DNA of 64,000 nucleotides, taken from NCBI GenBank assembly GCA_041649175.1, contig JBAZNR010000002.1, forward strand, positions 257,766 to 321,765, read 5' to 3'. Made by a program: the position numbers and the translations under genes. The notes under the pieces were generated by a model. It had not been told where the DNA came from. It did not search any database and was given only the letters and a program-made list of their open reading frames with translations. Shown in pieces: positions 39,390-48,711 of the stretch (position 1 is the stretch's first letter; every line of letters begins with the position of its first letter). Source of the DNA: Candidatus Omnitrophota bacterium (GTDB taxonomy: Bacteria; Omnitrophota; Gorgyraeia; Zapsychrales; JBAZNR01).

Positions 39390-40363
39390 ATATCTTAGGA
39401 ATAGAAACATCGTGTGATGAAACCGCCGCCGCCATTGTTTCCAACGGCCGCAAAATCCTCTCCAATATTGTCACCTCAAGCTTGAAGGAACATAAGAAAT
39501 ACGGCGGCATTATCCCTGAGATCGCCTCTCGACGGCAGATCGAGCTCATCAATTTGGTTGTTCAACGCGCTTTAGATCAAGCAAAACTGACTTTAAATAA
39601 CGTTAATGCCATTGCCGTCACCACAAAACCCGGCTTGATCGGTTCGCTTTTAGTCGGAATTTCTTTTGCCCGGGCATTATCCTTTGCGGCAAAAAAACCT
39701 CTTATTGAAGTGGATCATATCAAGGCTCATCTTTACGCCAATTTTCTTGAAGGAATAAACGCTTTGAGTGAAAACGCGCCGCTCAACAAACAACGGCCCA
39801 AATTACCGGCTTTAGGATTAGTTGTTTCCGGCGGTCATTCCAGCCTTTTTCATATCAGATCATTTAAAGACTATCGTCTTTTAGGAGAAACGCGTGACGA
39901 TGCAGTGGGGGAAACATTCGACAAAGTTGCGCGTATGATGGAGCTAGGTTATCCGGGAGGCCCGGTGATCGACCGGTTGGCGAGGACAGGAGAAAATACC
40001 GAGATCCATTTTTCCTGTGCTGACCTTCCAAAAACTTTGGATTTTAGTTTTAGCGGAATTAAGACAGCTGTGCTATATTATGTTCGCGACCACAAAATGA
40101 AGAAAGATTTTTCTCCTGAGAAGATCGCATTCGCGTTTCAAGATAGCGTAACAACCGTACTGGTGAATAAATCTTTACGGCTGTGCAAAGAGATGAAAAT
40201 ACCCACTCTTCTCATCGGGGGAGGCGTCGCGGCAAACTCCATGTTACGAAAAAAACTTTCAGTCGAAAGCAAAAAACAGAATATCCGCGTTTTTTTACCG
40301 TCGCTGGGTCTTTGCATGGACAACGCGGCCATGATCGCCGGTTTAGGATACCATCTTATTTAG
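39386..40363 (+). CDS. tsaD: tRNA N6-adenosine threonylcarbamoyltransferase TsaD
   Basis: 325 aa. MNILGIETSCDETAAAIV…, GGVAANS…. Confidence 0.9.
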   Translation: MNILGIETSCDETAAAIVSNGRKILSNIVTSSLKEHKKYGGIIPEIASRRQIELINLVVQRALDQAKLTLNNVNAIAVTTKPGLIGSLLVGISFARALSFAAKKPLIEVDHIKAHLYANFLEGINALSENAPLNKQRPKLPALGLVVSGGHSSLFHIRSFKDYRLLGETRDDAVGETFDKVARMMELGYPGGPVIDRLARTGENTEIHFSCADLPKTLDFSFSGIKTAVLYYVRDHKMKKDFSPEKIAFAFQDSVTTVLVNKSLRLCKEMKIPTLLIGGGVAANSMLRKKLSVESKKQNIRVFLPSLGLCMDNAAMIAGLGYHLI

Positions 40364-40378
40364 AAAGGAGACATCACG

Positions 40379-40825
40379 TTGACAGGAGAAATTCTTGACA
40401 CACTTATTAAAATCGTTTTAAGCGTTGTCTTGTCGGGCTTTATCGGGGCAGAGCGCGAAATACGGCATAAAGGCGCCGGCCTTCGAACCCATATCTTAGT
40501 TGGCGTCGGTTCAACGTTGATCGTCCTAACATCCTTTCACGTTTCGGATATGTATAAAGATATTATTTTCGTCGATCCCTCGCGCATGATCGCGGGTGTA
40601 GTTACCGGCATCGGATTTTTATGCGCCGGAACGATCTTTCGTAGCGAAGCGCAGATCACAGGGCTAACAACTTCCGCCAGTGTCTGGATCGTTTCCGGGA
40701 TAGGGATCGCGGTCGGCTGCGGCGACTTTAGCGCGGCGATCGTCGTGACCGCGGTTGTCTTTTTAGTTTTGATCGGGCTTCGTTCGCTGGAAAAGAAACT
40801 TCAAAATTTCAATTATTTGATCTAA
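40379..40825 (+). CDS. MgtC/SapB family membrane protein
   Basis: 148 aa. TTG start with AAAGGAG RBS. LSGFIGAEREIRHKGAGLRTHILVG is the MgtC N-terminal signature. 4 TM. Confidence 0.6.
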   Translation: MTGEILDTLIKIVLSVVLSGFIGAEREIRHKGAGLRTHILVGVGSTLIVLTSFHVSDMYKDIIFVDPSRMIAGVVTGIGFLCAGTIFRSEAQITGLTTSASVWIVSGIGIAVGCGDFSAAIVVTAVVFLVLIGLRSLEKKLQNFNYLI

Positions 40826-40850
40826 TTAAATTATTACCAAGGAGGCGGTT

Positions 40851-41360
40851 ATGGCCATGTTAAGAGACAGAAAAGACCAGGGGGAAAGGATCGTTGAGAT
40901 CAGCGCCAAAATGCAAGGGACGCTTTCCTTTAAAGATTCCGTGAATTTAAAAATTACCGGACGTTTTGAAGGAACTCTGGAAACCAGAGGAACGCTCACC
41001 ATCGGCGAAACCGCCTCTGTCGAAGCGCACATCACCGGAGAGAATATTGTCGTTGCCGGAAAGATCAAAGGCGATGTGACCGCCAAGAAAATGCTTGTCT
41101 TAATGCCAACGGCCGTTTTAAACGGGAATATCGCCACGCCAAAGCTTAATATCGTGGAGGGCGCCATTTTCCACGGAAAATGCCAGATGTTCGAAGACTC
41201 CTTAGACGTCGATGAATTGTCAAAATATCTAGAGATCGAGATCAATGCGATCTTAGAGCTCGCCAATTCCGGAAAGATCCCCGCCATGAAAAACGGCAAT
41301 GCCTGGCGGTTTGAACGCACCAAGATCGACGAGTGGGCCGCCTCGGAAAGAGTAAAATAA
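40851..41360 (+). CDS. bactofilin domain protein with C-terminal excisionase-type HTH (HTH_17) DNA-binding domain
   Basis: 169 aa. Residues ~20-115 are a bactofilin beta-helix with repeating xGxIxGxV windings (LSFKDSVNLKITGRFEGTLETRGTLTIGETASVEAHITGENIVVAGKIKGDVTA…). C-terminus LDVDELSKYLEIEINAILELANSGKIPAMKNGNAWRFERTKIDEWAAS matches HTH_17. Confidence 0.6.
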   Translation: MAMLRDRKDQGERIVEISAKMQGTLSFKDSVNLKITGRFEGTLETRGTLTIGETASVEAHITGENIVVAGKIKGDVTAKKMLVLMPTAVLNGNIATPKLNIVEGAIFHGKCQMFEDSLDVDELSKYLEIEINAILELANSGKIPAMKNGNAWRFERTKIDEWAASERVK

Positions 41361-41361
41361 A

Positions 41362-41664
41362 ATGTCCGATCAATTTATCTCGGTTCGTGAAACAGCCCAG
41401 CTTTTAGGCACCACCGAGAAAAAAATCATGGATCTGGTGGAAAAAAACGAACTGCAGGCTTACCGAATTGCCGGCCAGTTTTTGCGCCTTAAAAAAAGCG
41501 AAATCTTGGCTTTAAAAAGCAAGGGGACCGTTGCGGTTGAAACAGCGCAAATTGCGTACACTCCGGCCGAGCGCCTGCGTGATTTTATTTATTTTAATGA
41601 TTTTTACATCTTAGCGGTCGCCGTTATTTTAATCCTTCTCTATATCATCTTCTATGTGGTCTAA
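41362..41664 (+). CDS. excisionase-type HTH (HTH_17) DNA-binding protein with C-terminal TM anchor
   Basis: 100 aa. ISVRETAQLLGTTEKKIMDLVEKNELQAYRIAGQFLRLKKSEI (HTH_17), then hydrophobic C-terminal helix FYILAVAVILILLYIIFYVV. Start is 1 nt after the bactofilin-HTH stop. Confidence 0.5.
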   Translation: MSDQFISVRETAQLLGTTEKKIMDLVEKNELQAYRIAGQFLRLKKSEILALKSKGTVAVETAQIAYTPAERLRDFIYFNDFYILAVAVILILLYIIFYVV

Positions 41665-42019
41665 TTTTAGAAAATACAATTTTGTTATTAGCATCTTTAC
41701 CGGAGTATTTTTCCTGGCCGGCTGTGCTATGTTCCAGCCTAGCGCTAAGGCCGATAAAAGGCGGGCGGAAATAGAAACTCGCCAGAAGAATTATGAAGCA
41801 CTACATACGGCTGTCCGCGCGAATACCCTTACGATCGACACGAGTGACTCGGCAATCCGCGATCTGTACGGAGAACCGGGGCAAGTCTTTAGCTCCGGGT
41901 CTTCCTCGGGGATGTTCCAAATTTGGACCTACGAAAAAATTCTCTCGACCGGCAAACCGGAATGGGAAACCATACGCCTTTACTTTAACAATGGCAAGCT
42001 GGTCAGCTGGAGTTATTAA
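41654..42019 (+). CDS. small lipoprotein, BamE (SmpA/OmlA)-like candidate
   Basis: 121 aa. Lipobox FFLAGC. C-terminal …IRDLYGEPGQVF…WTYEKI…IRLYFNNGKLVSWSY resembles the BamE fold. Confidence 0.35.
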   Translation: MWSNFRKYNFVISIFTGVFFLAGCAMFQPSAKADKRRAEIETRQKNYEALHTAVRANTLTIDTSDSAIRDLYGEPGQVFSSGSSSGMFQIWTYEKILSTGKPEWETIRLYFNNGKLVSWSY

Positions 42020-42067
42020 GCAAAAGGTCCCGCCGCATTTTAGGCCACGCGCAAGCAGAGAAAAGTC

Positions 42068-42096
42068 TTGATATTTTATATTCTTTCACGTAGAAT
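42068..42096 (+). promoter_or_regulatory. sigma70-like promoter upstream of tRNA-Met (TTGATA-N17-TAGAAT)
   Basis: ttgata ttttatattctttcacg tagaat sits 30 nt upstream of the tRNA 5' end. Contains the TTCACGTAGA decamer also present upstream of tRNA-Ala. Confidence 0.45.
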
Positions 42097-42125
42097 TTAA
42101 AAAATTCGACGGAACACACTTTATT

Positions 42126-42202
42126 GGCGGGGTAGCTCAGCCCGATAGAGCACTCGGTTCATACCCGATTGGTCGAGAGTTTAAATCTCTCCCCCGCCAC
42201 CA
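42126..42202 (+). tRNA. tRNA-Met family (anticodon CAU; elongator Met or lysidine-modified Ile2), CCA encoded
   Basis: Hand-folded: acceptor GGCGGGG/CCCCGCC with G1:C72 paired (not an initiator). Anticodon loop TTCATAC. Variable loop 5 nt. D-loop AGCCCGATA and T-loop TTTAAAT are atypical. Confidence 0.75.
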
Positions 42203-42217
42203 TTTAGGAAAAATAAA

Positions 42218-42760
42218 ATGAAAAAAAATAATATCCTTACCATTGTCTTCATCACCGTCTTGTCTATTGTCCCTCTCGCAGCCTTTGCTCAAGAAAGCTT
42301 AAATCCTTTGATCGAAAAATCCGCGCCAGTGCAGTGGCTCAAAGTAGACAGAGTAAGGTCGACCGATACGCTGGTTTTAGACAATGGTCAAAAAGTGCAG
42401 TTGATCGGGCTCAATGCGATCGACGTTCCCCAAAGAAAAGACGTTAAGCGAAATTCCTATAACATCATCATTGAAGAAGTCGACCCCGTGGCAACCCTAG
42501 AAGAGCAAGGTATGGATTTTGTTAATTCACTTTTGACCGGGGAAAAAGTCCGCATCGAGCTAGACGCGCAAACCAGAAATGATGACGGAATAATGTTAGC
42601 GTATGTTTTCTTAGAAGACGGCACCTTTGTTAATGAAAAAATACTTAGCGAAGGATACGCCGCGTTCAAGACGATCCCACCGAACACAAAGTATGAAGAT
42701 GTTTTACGCCGCGCGTATCAACAAGCCCGCAGTGAAAAGCGGGGAATACACGGCGAATAA
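42218..42760 (+). CDS. secreted thermonuclease (staphylococcal nuclease-like, SNc) family protein
   Basis: 180 aa. Signal peptide. OB-fold nuclease core (…TLVLDNGQKVQLIGLNAIDVP…EKVRIELDAQTRNDDGIMLAYVFLEDGTFVNEKILSEGYA). Confidence 0.6.
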   Translation: MKKNNILTIVFITVLSIVPLAAFAQESLNPLIEKSAPVQWLKVDRVRSTDTLVLDNGQKVQLIGLNAIDVPQRKDVKRNSYNIIIEEVDPVATLEEQGMDFVNSLLTGEKVRIELDAQTRNDDGIMLAYVFLEDGTFVNEKILSEGYAAFKTIPPNTKYEDVLRRAYQQARSEKRGIHGE

Positions 42761-42897
42761 TTTTCTGCTTAAAACAAATTTGGCTGTCACGCTATGCCGC
42801 TGATCAAGATCTTTCTGGTTCTATTTATTTCCATTCTCCTATCAAGTGTCATTGCCTATTATGGCGCCCGCTGGTTTAACAAATTCTAATCTCTTGT

Positions 42898-43875
42898 ATG
42901 GATATTTTTATTCAAAAAGTTAAAGAGTCGGCTTTGCACAACAAGCTTTTTTCAAACGGCGACAGGGCCCTCGTTGCTGTTTCCGGAGGGCCGGATTCGG
43001 TCGCGCTGTTACACGCCCTTTCTCAACTGCGTTACGCGCTCGGCATTCAGCTTGTGGTTGGACACGTCGATCACCATTTACGTGCGACATCCTCAAAAGA
43101 CGCGAGCTTCGTTAAAAAACTATCTAAAGAATTGAATATTCCCTGCGAGGTCGTTTCCGTGAAAATTCAAAAGTCTTGGCGCGCCAGTTCCGTTGAGGAA
43201 CTGGCGCGCCAGGCGCGTTTTAACGCCTTGGTTCGCCTAGCAAAGAAGCATAAAATGAACACGATCGCCTTAGGACACACCCAAAATGACCTGGCCGAAA
43301 CGGTTTTAATGCGCATTTTACGCGGCAGCGGGCTTTTAGGCATGCAAAGCATTTTACCCAAACGCGTTCTTTACAATACGGTCTTTGTCCGCCCGCTTTT
43401 GCATATGACCCGGGCTGAAATTGACAAATTCTTACAGAAAAACCGCTACGCTTTTCGCCTGGACCCCACAAACAAGCAAAAACTATTTTTCCGCAATAAG
43501 ATCCGCCTGGAACTTTTGCCGCTTCTTCAAAAAAAGTTTAATCCCGGAATCCAAAAAACGTTAACCGGATTAGCCGAAACAAGCGCAATCGATTACAGCT
43601 ATTTAGAAGAACAGGCGCAAAAAGAATTGAGAAAAATTTCCGGGGAAGATCCCAAAAAAATTCCTTTAGAAAAATTTAACAAGCTCCATCTAAGCCTGCA
43701 GCGTATGATCATCCGCCTTTGCATCCAACAAAAAGCCGGAAATACCCGGCAGATCACCCTTGACCATATTAGGGAAGTGGAAAAGCTGATCGCCTCACGC
43801 GGTAAAAACGCGCGGATCCGTTTTCCCAACGGCCTTCGCGTTACCAAAGAGGGCGCTTTTCTTGTTTTTAAATAA
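42898..43875 (+). CDS. tilS: tRNA(Ile)-lysidine synthetase TilS
   Basis: 325 aa. PP-loop SGGPDS. TilS substrate-binding C-terminal region. Confidence 0.8.
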   Translation: MDIFIQKVKESALHNKLFSNGDRALVAVSGGPDSVALLHALSQLRYALGIQLVVGHVDHHLRATSSKDASFVKKLSKELNIPCEVVSVKIQKSWRASSVEELARQARFNALVRLAKKHKMNTIALGHTQNDLAETVLMRILRGSGLLGMQSILPKRVLYNTVFVRPLLHMTRAEIDKFLQKNRYAFRLDPTNKQKLFFRNKIRLELLPLLQKKFNPGIQKTLTGLAETSAIDYSYLEEQAQKELRKISGEDPKKIPLEKFNKLHLSLQRMIIRLCIQQKAGNTRQITLDHIREVEKLIASRGKNARIRFPNGLRVTKEGAFLVFK

Positions 43876-43911
43876 GAAACTCTTGATTAAATCAACAAAT
43901 ACGATATAATT

Positions 43912-45855
43912 GTGGCGCTCATGAATAAATCAAATTCAAAAACTCCGAAAAAGCCTTCCTTCAGGCTAAATCCTAAAAATCGTTTGCCGCAAAACGGCCA
44001 AAGCGGTTTGTGGCTGTGGGTCATTTTGATCTTTGTCTTCTTTTTAATGTTCAGCCAAACCAATGTCAGCACCGTAACCCTTCCGCAAGAAATGACTTAT
44101 GGAGAATTTTATTCCATCGTCAAAGATAATACCGCAACGCAAAAAATAAAATCATTAGCATTAACTGAAAACCTCTTGCAGGGAACTTTAAGTGACGGAA
44201 AGAAGTTCACCGTCTATCTTCCTACCGACGACAAAGTGATCCTGGACTTGATCCGCACCAATGTCAGCGATTTTAACGTTACTCCGGCTAAAACATTTTG
44301 GAGCAATTTATTGTTTTCACTGGGGCCCATGGTCCTTTTGATCTTATTTTTCTGGTTCGTCTCTTATCGCGGCGCCCAGATGGGAAATAAGGTCTGGTCA
44401 TTCGGAAAATCCCGCGCGAAGGTTAGCGGTGACGGAAAAAATAAATTCACCTTTGAAGATGTGGCCGGCGTTGATGAAGCCAAAGAAGAATTGCAAGAGA
44501 TCATTGAATTTCTAAAAGACCCTAAAAAGTTTCAGCGTTTGGGGGGAAAAATTCCAAAAGGCGTTCTTTTAGTTGGGCCTCCGGGAACCGGAAAAACCCT
44601 TCTCGCCAAAGCTGTTGCCGGCGAGGCAGGCGTTCCATTCTTCTCGTTAAGCGGATCGGATTTTGTGGAAATGTTCGTCGGTGTCGGCGCCTCGCGCGTC
44701 CGTGACCTTTTTGAACAAGGCCGAAAGGCTTCCAAAACCTCCGGTAAAGGAGCCATCATTTTCATCGATGAGATCGACGCGGTAGGGCGTTTACGATTTT
44801 CAGGGATCGGCGGCGGACACGACGAGCGTGAGCAGACATTAAACGCGCTTTTAGTGGAAATGGATGGCTTTGATACGCACGCCGGGCTTATCCTGATCGC
44901 CGCGACCAATCGTCCTGACACTCTCGACCCGGCATTACTGCGCCCGGGGCGCTTCGACCGTCAGATCGTTGTTTCTTTGCCCGACATTCTCGGACGAGAA
45001 GCTATCTTAAAAGTACACACGCGAAATTTAAAACTTTCTCCAACGCTTGACCTTAAGGCCATCGCGCGTCAAACCGTTTATTTTTCCGGAGCTGACCTGG
45101 CGAATGTCTGCAACGAAGCCGCGCTTTTAGCCGCGCGCCACAACAAAGAGGCCATCGGCCAAGAAGAACTTTTAGCGGCCGTTGAACGCGTCACCATGGG
45201 CCCGGAAAAAAAGAGCCGTGTGACATCGAAAAAAGAAAAAGAGATCACCGCCTATCACGAAGCAGGGCACGCACTTTTATCACTTTTGATCGAAGAAGTT
45301 GACCCCTTTACAAAAGTTTCCATTATTCCGCGCGGCATGGCCGGCGGATATACCATCACACCACCAAGTGAAGACCGCCATTATTGGGGCAAGAGAGAAT
45401 TAAACGGAAAGATCGTCGTCGCCTTAGGCGGACGAGCCGCGGAAGAAATATGTTTAAATGAAATTACCACCGGCGCGCAAAGTGACCTTCAATTCGCCAC
45501 CGAGGTCGCCCGAAAAATGATCTGCGAATACGGCATGAGCGAAAAACTCGGGACCTTAACGCTGGGGCGTCACAATCATCAGGTTTTCTTAGGCCGCGAT
45601 ATGATGGAGCAAAAAGATTACAGCGAAGAAACCGCCCGAGCCATTGACAATGAAATTCGCCAGATCATTGACGCCGCGTATACAAAAGCACAAAAATTAC
45701 TGACCCAGCATCGTGACCGATTAGATATCCTGGCAAAACGCTTAATTGAAAAAGAAGTGCTGGACGTTGAAGAAACACGCATTCTTTTAGGATTGAGCCT
45801 TCCGTCATCGGAACAAAATTCATCACAACCAGATCCATCTTCCAATAAGTCTTGA
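43912..45855 (+). CDS. ftsH: ATP-dependent zinc metalloprotease FtsH
   Basis: 647 aa (GTG at 43912; an in-frame ATG at 43921 is an alternative start). Two TM helices. AAA+ Walker [17 protein letters not shown] zinc motif. Confidence 0.9.
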   Translation: MALMNKSNSKTPKKPSFRLNPKNRLPQNGQSGLWLWVILIFVFFLMFSQTNVSTVTLPQEMTYGEFYSIVKDNTATQKIKSLALTENLLQGTLSDGKKFTVYLPTDDKVILDLIRTNVSDFNVTPAKTFWSNLLFSLGPMVLLILFFWFVSYRGAQMGNKVWSFGKSRAKVSGDGKNKFTFEDVAGVDEAKEELQEIIEFLKDPKKFQRLGGKIPKGVLLVGPPGTGKTLLAKAVAGEAGVPFFSLSGSDFVEMFVGVGASRVRDLFEQGRKASKTSGKGAIIFIDEIDAVGRLRFSGIGGGHDEREQTLNALLVEMDGFDTHAGLILIAATNRPDTLDPALLRPGRFDRQIVVSLPDILGREAILKVHTRNLKLSPTLDLKAIARQTVYFSGADLANVCNEAALLAARHNKEAIGQEELLAAVERVTMGPEKKSRVTSKKEKEITAYHEAGHALLSLLIEEVDPFTKVSIIPRGMAGGYTITPPSEDRHYWGKRELNGKIVVALGGRAAEEICLNEITTGAQSDLQFATEVARKMICEYGMSEKLGTLTLGRHNHQVFLGRDMMEQKDYSEETARAIDNEIRQIIDAAYTKAQKLLTQHRDRLDILAKRLIEKEVLDVEETRILLGLSLPSSEQNSSQPDPSSNKS

Positions 45856-45974
45856 AATTATTTACCCCAACACCCCGAACACCCTTTAAACACTGCGCCT
45901 CGCATAACTTTCGTCCCCAATTTACCGTCCGCGCGAGAAATATCTCTTTACCTCTCGGAAAAAAAACAAAGATC

Positions 45975-46775
45975 ATGGGGATCTTAAATCTCACGCCGGA
46001 TTCTTTTAGCGGCGATGGATTCTTAACAAAAAACTACAGCCCCGCGCTTGGGCTAGAGCTCGCGCAAAAACTCATCCAAGACGGTGCTGACATTATTGAC
46101 GTCGGGGGAGAATCCACCCGGCCCAGCGCCCGTTTCATCAGCGCCAAAGAGGAAATAAGACGCATTATTCCCACCATCAAACTTCTCACTAAGAAAATAA
46201 AAAAACCTATTTCCGTCGATACTTATAAAGAGCCCGTCGCGAAAGCCGCGCTTGATTGCGGCGCGGCGATCGTTAACAATATCAAAGGAACCTCTCTTGA
46301 TAAAAGTTTAATTAAAACCATCAAAAGCTACCGCGCCGCCATTGTCCTGATGCACATCCGGGGAAACCCAAAAACAATGCAAAAAAATATCCGCTATCAA
46401 AACGTGATCGCGGAAATAATTTCAGAGCTGAAAGAATCGATAGAAAAATGCTTGGAGTTTGGACTATCATCAGATAAAATCATTGTAGACCCCGGTATCG
46501 GGTTTGGAAAAACCGTCGATCAGAATTTTGAGATCATCCGGAGATTATCGGAATTTAAGACGCTGGGATTTCCTATTCTTGTCGGAACATCCCGAAAATC
46601 TTTTATCGGTAAAGCGCTGAACAAAGAAGCACATCAGCGTCTCTGGGGAACAGCGGCCAGTGTCGCCGCCGCCATTTTAAACGGCGCGCACATCGTGCGC
46701 GTTCACGACGTTAAAGAAATGCGCGACGTCGTTAAAGTGACCGACGCGATCCTTAACGCAAAAAATAAAAACTAA
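45975..46775 (+). CDS. folP: dihydropteroate synthase
   Basis: Start at the ATG giving MGILNLTPDSFSGDG (canonical DHPS N-terminus). An in-frame TTG 41 codons upstream is a possible alternative. …DVGGESTRP…, …DPGIGFGK…. Confidence 0.85.
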   Translation: MGILNLTPDSFSGDGFLTKNYSPALGLELAQKLIQDGADIIDVGGESTRPSARFISAKEEIRRIIPTIKLLTKKIKKPISVDTYKEPVAKAALDCGAAIVNNIKGTSLDKSLIKTIKSYRAAIVLMHIRGNPKTMQKNIRYQNVIAEIISELKESIEKCLEFGLSSDKIIVDPGIGFGKTVDQNFEIIRRLSEFKTLGFPILVGTSRKSFIGKALNKEAHQRLWGTAASVAAAILNGAHIVRVHDVKEMRDVVKVTDAILNAKNKN

Positions 46776-46778
46776 AAA

Positions 46779-47537
46779 ATGCTCGAGACCATCATATCTT
46801 TCTCTAAACCCGCCGCCGAGATCATCATCCTCTGGGTCGTTCTTTACCGCATTCTCGTTTTTTTTGAAGGCACGCGCGCCATTCACGTATTTAAAGGGAT
46901 CTTTTATCTTTTGGCGCTTTTTGTTATTTGCCAGCTCTTTGCGCTCGGAACGCTCAATTGGCTGCTCACCAAGATCTTCGGGATCTCCGTTATCGCTTTT
47001 TTTATCATCTTTCAGCCCGAGCTTCGCCACGGATTAGCCCGATTAGGACAGCCTCATTTATTTACCATTGATCTCGCAGAACCGGAACTTATCATGATCA
47101 TTGACGCGCTCACCTCCGCCGTTTACAAGCTTTCCGCAAAAAAAATAGGCTGCATCGTCGCCATTGAACGCCAGGCAAAACTTAATACCTGCATCGAAAG
47201 CGGCATTAAGATCGACAGCCATGTTTCGACGGAGCTTTTGCAAAGCATCTTCACACCGCCATCGCCTTTACACGACGGAGGTGTGGTGATCCGCGCCGAA
47301 CGCATCATTGCCGCGTCGTGCCTTTTTCCGCTTTCGGAAAATCAAAATTTCAGCAAACTCATCGGAACACGCCATCGCGCGGCCTTAGGAATTACCGAAC
47401 AAACCGACGCCATCGTTATTCTCTCATCGGAAGAAACAGGAGAGATCTCCATCGCAGTGGACGGAAAGTTTATCCCTGTCACCAATAAAGAACGATTTGT
47501 TAACATTCTAAAAGAACTCTTGATAGGAAAAAAATGA
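46779..47537 (+). CDS. cdaA: diadenylate cyclase CdaA (DacA)
   Basis: 252 aa. Three N-terminal TM helices plus DAC domain (…GALII…, TRHRAALGITEQTDAIVILSSEETGEISIAVDGK). Confidence 0.85.
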   Translation: MLETIISFSKPAAEIIILWVVLYRILVFFEGTRAIHVFKGIFYLLALFVICQLFALGTLNWLLTKIFGISVIAFFIIFQPELRHGLARLGQPHLFTIDLAEPELIMIIDALTSAVYKLSAKKIGCIVAIERQAKLNTCIESGIKIDSHVSTELLQSIFTPPSPLHDGGVVIRAERIIAASCLFPLSENQNFSKLIGTRHRAALGITEQTDAIVILSSEETGEISIAVDGKFIPVTNKERFVNILKELLIGKK

Positions 47538-47644
47538 TAACGCGCTGGTTTACTCATAACCTTGCCTTAAAAATTATTTCTCTAGGACTTGCCATTGTCA
47601 TTTGGATCTATGCCAATAGCGAGCTCTTAAAATCTCTGCGATGA
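47534..47644 (+). pseudogene. 36-codon ORF resembling only the N-terminal TM segment of CdaR/YbbR (remnant or minimal form)
   Basis: MITRWFTHNLALKIISLGLAIVIWIYANSELLKSLR* overlaps the cdaA stop (ATGA) and mimics the start of YbbR-domain proteins. No YbbR repeats follow; pdxJ starts 4 nt later. Confidence 0.35.
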
Positions 47645-47647
47645 TCT

Positions 47648-48364
47648 ATGCCTAAACTCGGTGTTAATATTGACCACGTGGCTACCTTGCGCCAGGCCCG
47701 GCGGGAATTCGAACCGGACCCGATCGCCGCGGCTCGTCTTTGCGAAAAAGCGGGCGCGGAGAGCATTGTGGCGCATTTGCGTGAAGACCGACGGCATATC
47801 AACGATAAAGATATTATCGCGCTAAAAAAATCCGTAAAAACGCGTTTTAATTTAGAGATGTCCGTTAACGAAGGAATCGTTAATATCGCTTTAAAGATTA
47901 AACCCGACCAGGCAACTCTTGTTCCCGAACGCCGCCAAGAAGTTACCACTGAAGGGGGACTTGATGTTTCGAAAAATTTTAGCAAAATCAAAAACGTTGT
48001 CGCGCGTTTAGAAAAAAAGGGGATCACCGCAAGCCTTTTTATTGACCCCGATAAAGCTCAAATAAAAAAATCTTTTGAAGCCGGCGCGCGCATGATAGAG
48101 CTTCATACGGGCTGTTATGCGCGCGCCAAAACAAGATCCGCTATCAAGCGCGAACTTTTCAAATTAAAAGACGCAACAAAGTTCGCGCAAAATTTAGGAA
48201 TAACGGTTAACGCCGGACATGGGCTTAATTATAAAAACGTTACGGCAGTCGCCCAAATTAAAGGAGTGGAAGAGCTTAATATCGGACATTCGATCATCTC
48301 CGAATCTGTTTTTTGTGGACTAGAGAAAGCTGTTCAAGAAATGATCAGGAAAATAAAGAAATGA
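47648..48364 (+). CDS. pdxJ: pyridoxine 5'-phosphate synthase
   Basis: 238 aa. MPKLGVNIDHVATLRQARR…EPDP…HLREDRRHI. Confidence 0.9.
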   Translation: MPKLGVNIDHVATLRQARREFEPDPIAAARLCEKAGAESIVAHLREDRRHINDKDIIALKKSVKTRFNLEMSVNEGIVNIALKIKPDQATLVPERRQEVTTEGGLDVSKNFSKIKNVVARLEKKGITASLFIDPDKAQIKKSFEAGARMIELHTGCYARAKTRSAIKRELFKLKDATKFAQNLGITVNAGHGLNYKNVTAVAQIKGVEELNIGHSIISESVFCGLEKAVQEMIRKIKK

Positions 48365-48711
48365 TCCTCGGTACCGGAATAGACATTATCGAAATTGACC
48401 GTGTAGAGGCGGCTATTAAACGTTGGGGAGATAGCTTTTTGCGTTATATCTTTACCGACGACGAAATTGCCTACGCCAAAAAACACAAATACCCAACCCA
48501 GCATTTCGCGGCGCGCTTTGCCGCTAAAGAAGCTGTTCTAAAGGCCATCGGTGATAATAGTGTTTTGCATTGGAAAGATATTCAGATCACCAACGATAAA
48601 AACGGAAAACCCGTTTGCCGCTACAATAAAAAAAGCTTCAAGAAAAAGATCCTGATCTCGCTTTCGCACACCAAAAATTATGCGGTTGCCAGCGCCATTA
48701 TTACGGACTAA
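48361..48711 (+). CDS. acpS: holo-[acyl-carrier-protein] synthase
   Basis: Start at the ATG overlapping the pdxJ stop. MILGTGIDIIEIDRV…FAAKEAVLKA is the AcpS signature. Confidence 0.8.
   Translation: MILGTGIDIIEIDRVEAAIKRWGDSFLRYIFTDDEIAYAKKHKYPTQHFAARFAAKEAVLKAIGDNSVLHWKDIQITNDKNGKPVCRYNKKSFKKKILISLSHTKNYAVASAIITD

Noticed and set aside
40826-41323. 165-aa minus-strand ORF opposite the bactofilin gene
   Set aside because: Bactofilin beta-helix repeats give long antisense ORFs. The plus-strand product has strong family features, and the antisense ORF has none.
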